A stretch of 64,000 nt of DNA. It comes from Vicinamibacteria bacterium. GTDB taxonomy: Bacteria > Acidobacteriota > Vicinamibacteria > Fen-336 > JAGNNV01. Under the pieces are notes generated by a model. It worked only from the letters and a program-made list of their open reading frames with translations, ran no database searches and was not told the origin of the DNA. The stretch is from NCBI GenBank assembly GCA_031412915.1, contig JANODX010000286.1, positions 3,063 through 67,062 on the forward strand, in the 5' to 3' direction. Below, piece after piece: positions 20,164 through 30,288 of this stretch (position 1 is the stretch's first letter; the number at the start of each line of letters is the position of its first letter). The position numbers and the translations under genes are program-made.

Positions 20164-22148
20164 TGTCCGACCCGACCATTCGATTGACCGCGGGCAAGCG
20201 GATTCTCTTCCTCACCAAGGACCCCGAGACCATTCGCAAGCAGCTTCGGGGCGAGTCGAACCTTCAGATGAAGGACCTCAGAGTCGACGAGTTGATGGAT
20301 GACATCAACACCGACGCCATGACGCCCGCCTGGGCCTGCTTCGACTATCGGCCTCAGGCCCTGGCCCGAAGTGCGTACGCCGGGATCACCGTGGACGGCG
20401 AGAGATTGTTCTGGGACAACGCCCTCATCGAAGGCAATTTCGAAGTGATCGTTTCGGGGAGGCGCAAAGGGGTGGGCTCGTCGCGCGAAACCGCGGTGCA
20501 GGCGGAGAAGTACGCGGGCATTCGTATCGCCATCGCCGATGGTTTCGCGCCGATTCACGCGCGGAACAACATCAACTCCGGCGTCCTGATGGCGGGACAC
20601 GATGTCCTGCTCACGCTCCAGGCCGGGGAAGAGGTTCCGCTGGAAGCGTTCATGACCGGCCGCGATCCCGTGACCCGGCTCATCATCCGGGCGGGCGGCC
20701 TCTTCGCCTTCACGCGCGCGGTGGCGAAGGGTGAAGTGCAACTGCCGGCGCCGACCACGGCGGCCCGGCCCATGACCATCGCCGAGAAGATCCTCCTCTC
20801 CCGCCTCGCTACCGGCCTCAAGCCTGCGGCTCTCAAGCCCGGTGACGCGGTGGCGGTGCGCGTCGATGGCGGCTTTTCCCACGACTTCACGTCGGCCCAG
20901 GTTCACTATTTCCTGACCGAGGAATACGGCCCTGGCTACAAGCTCAAGAACCCGTCGAAGTTCGCGGTGTTCGAAGACCACATGCTCTACGCCCAGGACA
21001 TGCCGTCGCTCGCCAAGTTCCGGCCGAAGCTCCTCGAACAGAGCGAACGCCAGCGCGCATTCCAGGAGGCTACCTCGGTGCGCGCCTTCCTCGCGAAAGA
21101 CGGCGTCTCGCCCGGCATCTGTCACACCGTGGCGCGGGAAAAGATGATCGAGCCCGGTGAGTTCATCCAGGCCACCGACTCCCATACCTGCATGGGCGGG
21201 TCGCTCAACTCGCTCGCCTACGGTGTGGGCGCCACCGAGTACGCGGCGCTTGTCTACTCGGGGATCACGTTCACCGAGACCCCGGGCTCCATTCGTTTCG
21301 AGCTCCAGGGCGCGCTTCGCCCGGGCGTGACCGCGAAGGACGTGATGCTCTTCATCCTGAAGGAATACGCGAAGCCGGGGAAGACCCTGGACCTCGTGAT
21401 GGAGTTCGGCGGTCCCGGACTTGCGGCCCTTTCCCCGGACGAGCGCGCGACCATGGCCAACATGGCCACCGAATGCACCGCGAAGGCCGGCGTCTTCGAG
21501 GGTGACGAGCCGATGATCGAATGGATCGTGGCCCATCGGCCGGGTGTCGAAGCGGACCGATTGCGCGCGCAGATCGTGGGGCCGGACCGAGGCGCCGAGT
21601 ACACGGGCGGGGTTCACACCATCGACCTCTCTTTGATCGAACCGATGGTGGCGACACCCGGCGATGCCGCGAAGGGCATCCCGTCCGATCCCACCAACGG
21701 TGCGCTGATCAAGGACATCGGCGACGTGCGAATCGATATCGCGTACGGAGGTTCCTGCACTGCGGGCAAGGAGGAAGACCTCGACATGTACGCCCGGGTC
21801 ATGACCCAGGCCCTCGGCGCCGGCAAGCGCGTGGCGCCTTCCGTGAACTTCTTCATCCAGTTCGGATCCGAGTCGGTGGAGGCCTACGCCACCGCCAGGG
21901 GCTATCTCGAGGTGTTCGCGAAGACGGGCGTCCGGGTCATCAAGCCCGGCTGCGGCGCGTGCATCGGGTGTGGTCCGGGGATTTCCGAATCGACGTCGCA
22001 GGTCACGGTGTCCGCGATCAATCGCAACTATCAGAATCGTTCCGGTCCGGGCGCTCTCTACCTCGCCTCCCCGCTCACCGTCGCGGCATCGGCGGTGATG
22101 GGCCGGATTGTCGCCTACGACCCGGAGATGTTCGAAGCGGACGCCTGA
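20163..22148 (+). CDS. Aconitase-family dehydratase, small (LeuD-like) subunit fused N-terminal to large (LeuC-like) subunit
   Basis: N-terminal DINTD...GSSRETA...FAPIHARN; C-terminal MTIAEKIL, GICH, DSHT, GGSCT, PGCGACIG, NRNY, YLASP. Confidence 0.9.
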
Positions 22149-23505
22149 GCGTGTCGAAGGGACAGGGACCATCGATAGCCTGGTCCCTGAGGTTGCCTGC
22201 GCTGAGCTTGCCTGCGCTGAGCCTGCCCGCACTGAGCTTGCCTGCGCTGAGCTTGTCGAAGCGTCGAAGTGTCGAAGCGTCGAAGCGTTGAAGGGACGTA
22301 CGACTCCGGTCGCTGAGCGCAGTCGAAGGCACCGGGACCATCGATAGCCGGGTCCCTGAGCTGCCTGCGCTGAGCTTGTCGAAGCGTCGAAGGGACCATC
22401 GATGGTTGCGAAGGGGAGGGATCCGGACCCGAGAGAGCCAACGGGAGTTCGTCGAAACGGCGATGCCGACGCAACTGTGATGGCGGCCTCGAAAGCCTGC
22501 CCGCACTGAGCTTGCCTGCGCTGAGCCTGCCCGCACTGAGCTTGTCGAAGTGTCGAAGCGTCGAAGGGACGTACGACTCCGGTCGCTGAGCGCAGTCGAA
22601 GGCACCGGGACCATCGATAGCCGGGTCCCTGAGCTCGTCGAAGGGACCATCGATGGTTGCGAAGGGGAGGGATCCGGACCCGAGAGAGCCAACGGGAGTT
22701 CGTCGAAACGGCGAGGCCGACGCGGTTGCGGCCGAGGGGCCGGACGCGCCTTCACATACGTGAGCCGCATGGCGTTCCCGAGTAACGGCGTGGGGCCCCC
22801 ACCCCACGTGGTGTTCAGAGGAGCCTTCGCGGCTCACTCCGTTCCAGGCGCGCCCCTCGGCCGCAACCTTATGGCGGCCTCGATGCAGCCGGTCGATGGA
22901 CACGCCGTGGCGCAACGTGTGCCGTCGCAGCAATCCGGCCCCTTCGACGCTTCGACGCTTCGACAGGCTCAGCGCAGGCAAGCTCAGCGCAGGCAGCTCA
23001 GGGACCGTTGTTGACGCATCGCGCGCCGTGTTGCGGGCGGAGGACGAGGGGCCTCGCTACCCTGCCGGCCCTCCGGCCCGGCGGGCACAGGCGAACTCCG
23101 TGGGGCGCAGGGATCCTCTGAGTCAAGGCGGGGCGGTATGCCCCGCTCCATTCATTAATGGACGCGGTTGCGCCCCACGTAGGTGAGGCGAGGGCAGGCC
23201 CCTCGGCCGCAGCTTCTTGGTCCTCCGCGCGCCGTCGAAGTCATCGGCGGTCCCTTCGACGCTTCGACACTTCGACACTTCGACAAGCTCAGCGCAGGCA
23301 AGCTCAGTGCGGGCCAGCTCAGTGCGGGCCAGCTCAGTGCGGGCCAGCTCAGTGCGGGCCAGCTCAGGGACCGTGCGTCGCACTCTTTCCGTGGTCCCTT
23401 CGACGCGCTCAGGGACCCCGTCCGGCCGGCTCAGGGACCCCCTTCGACCGTTCGACGCTTCGGCAAGCTCAGTGCGGGCAGGCTCAGTGCAGGCAAGCTC
23501 AGGGT
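22146..23505. repeat. REP-like repeat array (GCTGAGCTTGTCGAAG / CTTCGACAAGCTCAG family) with inverted halves
   Basis: Many copies of (C)TGAGCTTGTCGAAG and GCTGAGCYTGCCYGC at 22146-22650; reverse-complement copies at 22940-23005 and 23250-23505; 15-bp AGCTCAGTGCGGGCC x4 at 23301-23360. Confidence 0.9.
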
Positions 23506-23519
23506 CTTGGGGCGAGCGA

Positions 23520-24572
23520 TCAGCCGGCGTTGCCCGCGATCCAGCGGGGGCCGCCCGACTTGAATCCGCTTCCGAACGATTGGAGCACGCGGCGAGTCCC
23601 GGCGGAAGGATTGATGACCACGACATCCATGCCCCCGGTGGTGAGATTGGCTTCCGAGAACACGATGCCGTCCTTGTTCCAATCGGGGTTCGATCGGAAC
23701 TGGTGCCCGGAGGCGATCACCTGCGGAGCGCCGCCGGCGGCGGGCACGGTCAGGATGTCCCAGGCTCCGCCCGCCACGCTGTTCGAGGTCAGACGGCGGA
23801 AGACGACACTCGCGCCATCGGGAGAATAGGCGGGCCCCGCGTCCGAGCCCACGAGGTACAGGGTTCCGGCGAGCGGTTGGCCGACGGTACCGCTATCCGT
23901 CAGCTTCACCTGGTTGGCGCTGGAGGCAAAGATCCAGATCTCGCTCCGGCCTGCACCTGTGCCATCGATGCGTTCGTAGACCACGCGCGTGATGGCGGCG
24001 TTCACCCGCGCCCCACGCTCGCGCACGTTCGGCGTGAGCAGGATGCGCTGATTGTTCTGAGCGTTCGACTCGATCTGGTACAGATCCTCGGGACTCCCGT
24101 CGGGCGACGAGGCGTGGATGAGGAAGGTGCCGTCCGACGCCCAGTCGACGCTGCTGTTGCTCCAGCCGTCGGGCAGGAAGGGCCCTTCGATCTGGCGGGC
24201 GAGGTTCACGAGCAAAAGGCTCACCCGGTCCAGATTGTCGAGACGGCCATCGCGGTTCGTATCCGAGTCGACTCTGCGCAGGGCTACCCGCGTGCGATCG
24301 AGCGAGGGTGCCGCCTCCAGGGCCTGGCAACCGTTGCAGAAAGTCAGCCGGGTAGCCTGGGAAGATGCGCCGGCGGAGAAGAGTTCGAAGGTGCTTCCTG
24401 GCTTCGGCGCCCAGGAATCGGAGGCGACGAACACCGTGTCCAGGGCGGAGGGCACGGAGGTGCTGACGGGAACCGGCGTCGTGGTGGGCGGCACGCCCGC
24501 GGTGCAGCCCGAATTCAGACAGGCCGCGAGCAGAATCAGGGAGAAGGCGCGGGGCGCAGGTATTGAATTCAT
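23520..24572 (-). CDS. TolB-like (PD40) beta-propeller lipoprotein
   Basis: Signal with Cys (LNSGC); VDWASDG, PAYSPDG, NPDW repeats; EF-hand-like DTNRDGRLD. Confidence 0.75.
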   Translation of the reverse strand: MNSIPAPRAFSLILLAACLNSGCTAGVPPTTTPVPVSTSVPSALDTVFVASDSWAPKPGSTFELFSAGASSQATRLTFCNGCQALEAAPSLDRTRVALRRVDSDTNRDGRLDNLDRVSLLLVNLARQIEGPFLPDGWSNSSVDWASDGTFLIHASSPDGSPEDLYQIESNAQNNQRILLTPNVRERGARVNAAITRVVYERIDGTGAGRSEIWIFASSANQVKLTDSGTVGQPLAGTLYLVGSDAGPAYSPDGASVVFRRLTSNSVAGGAWDILTVPAAGGAPQVIASGHQFRSNPDWNKDGIVFSEANLTTGGMDVVVINPSAGTRRVLQSFGSGFKSGGPRWIAGNAG

Positions 24573-24659
24573 CGTGGTTTCCAGACGCTACGCCCCCGGT
24601 CTCCAAGGCGTCAAGCAGCGCGGGGGTAGAATCGGGGTCGCGAAAGAAGGAGTTCCCTC

Positions 24660-25844
24660 ATGAAAGCCACCAAGGACATCTTCATCATGGGCGGGGCCCG
24701 GACCGCCATGGCCGAGTACGTCGGCCATTTCAAGGACATCGGCGCGAATGCGCTGGGCGCCCACGCCATCAAGGCGGCGCTCGATCGGTCGGGCGTTCCC
24801 GCGGCCGAGGTCGAGCAGGTGGTCATGGGCAACGCGATGCAGACATCGGCGGACGCGATGTACGGCGCGCGGCACTCGGCCCTCAAGGCCGGCCTCTCCA
24901 TCGAGACGCCCGCCCTCACCGTCAATCGGCTGTGCGGTTCCGGCATTCAGTCCGTGATCTCGGCGTCCCAACTCATGCTTCTCGGGGAAGCGGACGTGAC
25001 CGTGGCGGGCGGCATGGAGAACATGACCCAGGCCCCGCATGTCATTCGCGGAGCGCGCGACGGCTTCAAGCTCGGCCAGGGCGCTCTCGAGGACAGCCTG
25101 ATGGTGGCGCTCCTCGACTCCCACTGCGGCCTCTACATGGCCCAGACCGCGGAGAAGCTCGCGACCAAGTACGGCGTCGATCGCAAGGCTATGGACGAGT
25201 TTTCCCTCCGCTCTCAGCAGGCGGCCGCGGCGGCCAAGGCTCGTGGCGTCTTCGACGAGGAGATCGTCCCGGTGGAGGTGAAGAAGGGCAAGAACGTCCT
25301 GTCCGTGAAGGATGACGACCACATGCGCGCGGACACCACGATGGAAAGTCTGGGCGGATTGCGTCCCGCGTTCGGCAAGGACGGTATGGTCACCGCGGGA
25401 AACGCCAGCGGCATCGTGGATGGGGCGGCGGCCCTGGTCCTCTCCACTTCGAAGTCGCGGGGGCACGGTAAGCCCCTTGCTCGCGTGGTCGCGTGGGCGG
25501 TGGCGGGCGTCCCGCCCGAGATCATGGGCATCGGTCCCGCACCCGCTTCGCGGAAGGCTCTGATGGACGCCGGACTCAAGCTGGAAGATATCGATCTTAT
25601 CGAGGTCAACGAAGCGTTCGCCGGCCAGTATCTTGCCGTCGAAAAAGAGCTTGGGCTCGACCGGAACAAGGTCAACGTGAACGGCGGCGCCATCGCCCTC
25701 GGCCATCCGCTCGGAGCTTCAGGGACGCGCATCCTGCTCACCGTGGCGCTTGAACTGCGTCGTCGCAAGGGCCGCTACGGCCTCGCCACCGCGTGCATCG
25801 GCGGCGGTCAGGGGATCGCCATGATCATCGAAAGTGTCAACTAG
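24660..25844 (+). CDS. Acetyl-CoA C-acetyltransferase (thiolase)
   Basis: NRLCGSG, NEAFA, GHPLGASG, CIGGGQG. Confidence 0.95.
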   Translation: MKATKDIFIMGGARTAMAEYVGHFKDIGANALGAHAIKAALDRSGVPAAEVEQVVMGNAMQTSADAMYGARHSALKAGLSIETPALTVNRLCGSGIQSVISASQLMLLGEADVTVAGGMENMTQAPHVIRGARDGFKLGQGALEDSLMVALLDSHCGLYMAQTAEKLATKYGVDRKAMDEFSLRSQQAAAAAKARGVFDEEIVPVEVKKGKNVLSVKDDDHMRADTTMESLGGLRPAFGKDGMVTAGNASGIVDGAAALVLSTSKSRGHGKPLARVVAWAVAGVPPEIMGIGPAPASRKALMDAGLKLEDIDLIEVNEAFAGQYLAVEKELGLDRNKVNVNGGAIALGHPLGASGTRILLTVALELRRRKGRYGLATACIGGGQGIAMIIESVN

Positions 25845-25944
25845 CAGGGGCGCCGGCGAAGGCCGGACCCCTGTGTACCCGGGGCAAACTCCCTCCGCCT
25901 TTGCGGATGGGACGAGTGCCGGGATTCACCTGAGGATTTAGCGA

Positions 25945-26832
25945 ATGAGTGACCAGAGGACCGTCGGAGTGGTGGGCTGCGGGCTCATGGGTTCCGGCAT
26001 TGCCCAGGTGTGCGCGGAGGCCGGCCATGCCGTGATCGTCCGCGAAGTCAACGACGCCCTGCTGACCAGAGGCCTCGGTTCGATCGACAAGTTCCTGGGG
26101 AAGGGCGTCGAGAAGGGCAAGATGGCGGCCGAGAAGAAGGCCGAGATCATCGGCCGTCTCAAGGGCACGACCAGGCTCGAGGACCTCGCTCCCTGCCAGA
26201 TCGTCATCGAGGCGGTGGTCGAGAACATCGCGCTCAAGCACGAGACCTTTCAGGCGTTGAACAAGGTCTGCGCGAAGGACGCGATCTTCGCCTCAAACAC
26301 CTCGTCGCTCTCCATCACCGAAATGGCGGCGGGTTCAGGCCGCGCCGATCGGTTCGTGGGCCTGCATTTCTTCAACCCCGTGCCCCTGATGAAGCTGGTC
26401 GAGGTCGTGCGCGGACCGCTCACCAGCCCCGAGGTCTTCGAGGCCATGTGCGCCTTCGGGACCGGCATCGGCAAGACCGTGGTTCGCGCCACCGACAAGC
26501 CCGGCTTCATCGTGAACCGTCTGCTCGTCCCTTACATGGTCGATGCCATTCGTGCGCTGGAGCAGGGTGTCGGCTCGGTCCAGGACATCGACGAGGCCAT
26601 GAAGCTCGGCTGCGGCTACCCCATGGGCCCCTTCACTCTGCTCGACTTCGTGGGCATCGAGACCACGTACTACATCGCGAACATCATGTTCGACGAGTTC
26701 AAGGAAGCCCGCTACGCGCCGCCCACGCTGTTGAAGCGCATGGTCCAGGCCGGCATGTACGGCAAGAAGACGGGCAAGGGCTTCTACGACTATTCGACCA
26801 CGCCCCCCACCCCCACGAAGGGCCTCGTCTAG
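25945..26832 (+). CDS. hbd: 3-hydroxybutyryl/3-hydroxyacyl-CoA dehydrogenase
   Basis: GCGLMGSGIA, SNTSSL, HFFNPVP, PGFIVNR, PMGP. Confidence 0.9.
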   Translation: MSDQRTVGVVGCGLMGSGIAQVCAEAGHAVIVREVNDALLTRGLGSIDKFLGKGVEKGKMAAEKKAEIIGRLKGTTRLEDLAPCQIVIEAVVENIALKHETFQALNKVCAKDAIFASNTSSLSITEMAAGSGRADRFVGLHFFNPVPLMKLVEVVRGPLTSPEVFEAMCAFGTGIGKTVVRATDKPGFIVNRLLVPYMVDAIRALEQGVGSVQDIDEAMKLGCGYPMGPFTLLDFVGIETTYYIANIMFDEFKEARYAPPTLLKRMVQAGMYGKKTGKGFYDYSTTPPTPTKGLV

Positions 26833-26838
26833 ATCCCC

Positions 26839-27627
26839 ATGGCCACCTACGCGACTCTTACTGTCGAAAGAAGGGATGACGGCATCGCCGTCATCACGAT
26901 CAACCGCCCCGACAAGCTGAACGCGCTCAATGCCGCGGTCATCGCCGAGTTGGACGGAGCGCTCGCCGACCTCGACGCGGACCCCGCGGTGCGCGCCCTC
27001 GTCGTCACGGGCTCCGGTGAAAAAGCGTTCGTCGCGGGAGCCGACATTGCCGAACTCGCCCAGGCGACACCCATCGAAGCCCGGGCCCTCGCCCTCAAAG
27101 GTCAGCGCGTGTTCGACCGGCTGGAGCGCTTCCGCGGACCGGTGATCGCGGCCGTGAACGGCTTCGCCCTCGGCGGCGGCTGCGAGCTCGCTCTCGCCTG
27201 CCACCTCCGCATCGCCACCCCGGGCTCGCGCTTTGGCACTCCCGAAGTGAAGCTCGGTCTGATTTGCGGCTACGCGGGCACCCAACGCCTCCCGCGTCTC
27301 ATCGGTCGCGGCCGCGCGCTCGAAATCCTCCTCTCGGGCGAAATGGTTCTGGCCGAGGAGGCCTTCCGAATCGGGCTGGTGAATCGCGTGGTGGCGCCGG
27401 ACGCGCTGATGAACGAAACCGTGGGACTGCTGAAGAAGATGCTGGCGAACGCGCCGCTTTCGCTCAGGTACACGATCGACTCGGTGAACGCGGGGCTCGA
27501 CATGTCCTTCGAGGACGCGCAGGACCACGAGGCCACGCTTTTCGCCGTCCTCTGCTCGACCGCCGACAAGACCGAGGGCACCAGCGCATTTCTGGAAAAG
27601 CGTCCGGCGAAGTTCCAGGGCCGGTGA
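26839..27627 (+). CDS. crt: Enoyl-CoA hydratase (crotonase)
   Basis: NRPDKLNALN, AFVAGADI, ALGGGCEL, PEVKLG. Confidence 0.88.
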   Translation: MATYATLTVERRDDGIAVITINRPDKLNALNAAVIAELDGALADLDADPAVRALVVTGSGEKAFVAGADIAELAQATPIEARALALKGQRVFDRLERFRGPVIAAVNGFALGGGCELALACHLRIATPGSRFGTPEVKLGLICGYAGTQRLPRLIGRGRALEILLSGEMVLAEEAFRIGLVNRVVAPDALMNETVGLLKKMLANAPLSLRYTIDSVNAGLDMSFEDAQDHEATLFAVLCSTADKTEGTSAFLEKRPAKFQGR

Positions 27628-28133
27628 GAAGGCCCGCCGCGAGCCAGCCCAGGGCGCCGAGCGGCCGTGGCCTCCGTGTGCTCGTGCTGCAGTCACGGTT
27701 CAATCATGCGGTCGGGTCGGGACTCGCGAAAGGGGCCGTCGAGTACCTTCGCGAGGTGGGTGCGGCCTTCGAGAGCGAACTCGTCTCCGGAGCGTTCGAG
27801 CTCCCGCTCGTCGCCCAGACCGCGGCGTTCACCGGGCGGTACCAGGCCATCGTGGCCCTGGGCGCCGTGATCAAAGGCGAAACCGATCACTATGAGCACA
27901 TCGCCCGGGAAGCAGCGCGGGGCATCATGGAGGCCTCGCTCACCACTGGAGTTCCCATAGCCTTCGGCGTTCTCACCGTGACCAAGGAAGCCCATGCGCG
28001 CGCGCGGTCGAAGCCGGGACGGCACAACAAGGGTCGGGAGGCGGCCGCGGCCGCGGTCGAGACGGCCCTCCTCCTGAAGAAACTGACCGGGGCGCCTGCG
28101 CAGCGCCGGCGCACCGGCAAGGGCAGGCCCTGA
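27624..28133 (+). CDS. ribH: 6,7-dimethyl-8-ribityllumazine synthase
   Basis: SRFN, GAFELP, LGAVIKGETDHYE, FGVLT, NKGREAA; precedes nusB. Confidence 0.94.
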   Translation: MRRPAASQPRAPSGRGLRVLVLQSRFNHAVGSGLAKGAVEYLREVGAAFESELVSGAFELPLVAQTAAFTGRYQAIVALGAVIKGETDHYEHIAREAARGIMEASLTTGVPIAFGVLTVTKEAHARARSKPGRHNKGREAAAAAVETALLLKKLTGAPAQRRRTGKGRP

Positions 28134-28564
28134 TGGGCCAGCGGTCCAAGGCCCGGGTGTGTGCGATGCAGATGCTGTATCAGCGGGAATGGTCGGGCGA
28201 AGCGCCGACTCGGGTCATCGAGGACTTCTGGACCATGCGCAACGGGACCAAGGCGGTGCGCGCGATGGCCGAGCGGCTCTTCGTGGGCACGGAACGCGAG
28301 CGCGAGGCGATCGACCAGGACATCACCAGCGTCATGACCAACTGGGAACTCGGGCGACTGGCGGCGATTGAGCGGAACGTCCTGCGCCTGGGCGCTTTCG
28401 AACTCAAGTGCGAAGATGCGACCCCTTCCGCCGTCATCATCGATGAGGCGATCGAGATTTCCAAGCGATACGGTGAGGCCGAGTCGTCGTCCTTCGTCAA
28501 TGGCATTCTCGACGCTCTGAAACGGCGGTATCGCGATAAGGCCGAGGCCGGACCGGCGGCGTGA
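28133..28564 (+). CDS. nusB: Transcription antitermination factor NusB
   Basis: RSKAR..AMQMLYQ, IERNVLRL, IDEAIEISKRYG, FVNGILD. Confidence 0.95.
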   Translation: MGQRSKARVCAMQMLYQREWSGEAPTRVIEDFWTMRNGTKAVRAMAERLFVGTEREREAIDQDITSVMTNWELGRLAAIERNVLRLGAFELKCEDATPSAVIIDEAIEISKRYGEAESSSFVNGILDALKRRYRDKAEAGPAA

Positions 28565-28592
28565 ACCGTGAACGAGGACTGCGAGGCTTGAT

Positions 28593-30194
28593 TTGACCGA
28601 CCAGACGGAAGACCCCACCGACGCGGAACCCGACCCCCCGGTTCCCGGCTGGCCGAAGGAGTCGGGCGAGCGATTCGACAAAGTGAGGGCGCTCCTCGCC
28701 CTCGGGCAGGTGGTCTATCCCACGAAGTTCGCGAGGTCGCACGGCCTTGGCGCGATCATCGCCGAGTGGGGTGCCTTTGCCGCGGAGGAGCTGACCGCGA
28801 AGGCCGTGGAGGTCAGCATCGCCGGCCGGGTCCTGACCCGTCGCTCGCACGGCAAGACCGGGTTTGCAACTCTCACCGACGGCGACGCGAATCTTCAGGT
28901 GTACGTACGGCTCGATGGCGTGGGCGAGAAGGCCTTCGAGGTCTGGAACCTCGTGGACATGGCCGACTTCATCGGGGTCTCGGGCCGGCTGATGCGGACC
29001 CGCACCGGCGAGCTGACGGTTCAGGCGACCTCGCTGACCTTCCTCTCGAAGGCCCTCCTTCCCCTGCCCGAGAAGTGGCATGGGCTCACCGACGTGGAAA
29101 CCCGCTATCGGCAGCGCTATGTCGACCTGGTCGCGAATCCCGAGGTGCGCAAGACGTTCGTGGCCCGGTCGCGCATGGTCGCGGCCATTCGCCGGTTCAT
29201 GGACGACCGCGGCTACATCGAAGTCGAGACTCCGATGATGCATCCCATCGCCGGGGGCGCCCTCGCGCGGCCCTTCATCACCCATCACAACGCGCTGGGG
29301 GTCGATCTCTACCTCCGGATCGCTCCCGAGCTCTACCTGAAGCGCCTCGGGGTAGGGGGACTGGAGCGGGTCTACGAGATCAACCGCAACTTCCGGAACG
29401 AAGGGCTCTCGGCCCACCACAATCCCGAGTTCACCATGCTGGAGTTCTACACCGCGTACTTCGACTGCCGCGACGTCATGACCATCACGGAGGATCTGAT
29501 CGAAAATGCCGCCCTGGCGGTCCGGGGCGGCACCGACATCACCTGGGGCGAGACCGACCTGTCCTTCAAGACGCCGTTCGCGCGGATCCGCATGTCAGAG
29601 GCGATCGCGGGGGCTTTGTCCAGGGAACTCGAGCGGACGGTCTCCGTGGCCGAGGTTGAGAATCACGGGACCCTGAAGGCGCTCGTGACCACCGAGGCCT
29701 TCATCGACGCCTGCCGCCGCCGCAGCGTTCCCGCCGCGGAGTACAAGAAGTCGACCCACGGCAAGATCATCGAGTCTCTCTTCGCCGATTTTGCCGAAGA
29801 TGGTCTCATTCAGCCGACTTACGTGGTCGACTACCCGGTCGAGATCTCGCCCCTGGCCAAGCGCCGCGCCGACCACAACGACTTCGCCGACCGTTTCGAG
29901 CTCTTCGTGTGCGGCATGGAGATCGCGAACGGCTTTTCGGAACTGAACGATCCGCTCGAACAACGCGCACGCTTTCTCGACCAGTTGCAGAATCGGGCGG
30001 GGGGCGACGACGAAGCGCACGAGATGGACGAGGACTACGTCCGGGCTCTCGGTCACGGCCTTCCCCCCACGGGAGGGTGCGGCCTTGGCATCGATCGCCT
30101 GGCCATGCTGCTCACGGATTCCAAGTCCATCCGCGACGTGATTCTCTTCCCGCAGATGCGCCCGGAAGGCGGACGAAGGGGGGAGACGCCCTAG
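28593..30194 (+). CDS. lysS: Lysine-tRNA ligase (class II)
   Basis: RYRQRYVDL, GGALARPF, YLRIAPELYLKRL, FRNEG, GLGIDRL. Confidence 0.97.
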   Translation: MTDQTEDPTDAEPDPPVPGWPKESGERFDKVRALLALGQVVYPTKFARSHGLGAIIAEWGAFAAEELTAKAVEVSIAGRVLTRRSHGKTGFATLTDGDANLQVYVRLDGVGEKAFEVWNLVDMADFIGVSGRLMRTRTGELTVQATSLTFLSKALLPLPEKWHGLTDVETRYRQRYVDLVANPEVRKTFVARSRMVAAIRRFMDDRGYIEVETPMMHPIAGGALARPFITHHNALGVDLYLRIAPELYLKRLGVGGLERVYEINRNFRNEGLSAHHNPEFTMLEFYTAYFDCRDVMTITEDLIENAALAVRGGTDITWGETDLSFKTPFARIRMSEAIAGALSRELERTVSVAEVENHGTLKALVTTEAFIDACRRRSVPAAEYKKSTHGKIIESLFADFAEDGLIQPTYVVDYPVEISPLAKRRADHNDFADRFELFVCGMEIANGFSELNDPLEQRARFLDQLQNRAGGDDEAHEMDEDYVRALGHGLPPTGGCGLGIDRLAMLLTDSKSIRDVILFPQMRPEGGRRGETP

Positions 30195-30288
30195 AACTCT
30201 CCCGGGTCCGGCGGGTGGGCAGAGCGGGCGGGGCCGTTGGCCCTGCGCGCTATAGTGCGAATGAGGATTTTTCCCGAGGAGGCTTTCC

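Noticed and set aside
22146-23505. CRISPR array
   Set aside because: Repeat units vary in length and orientation, spacers are duplicated rather than unique, and there are no cas genes.
22075-23829. ORFs with FDKLSAG / PALSLSK repeats
   Set aside because: They are translations of the REP-like DNA repeats in several frames, not credible proteins.
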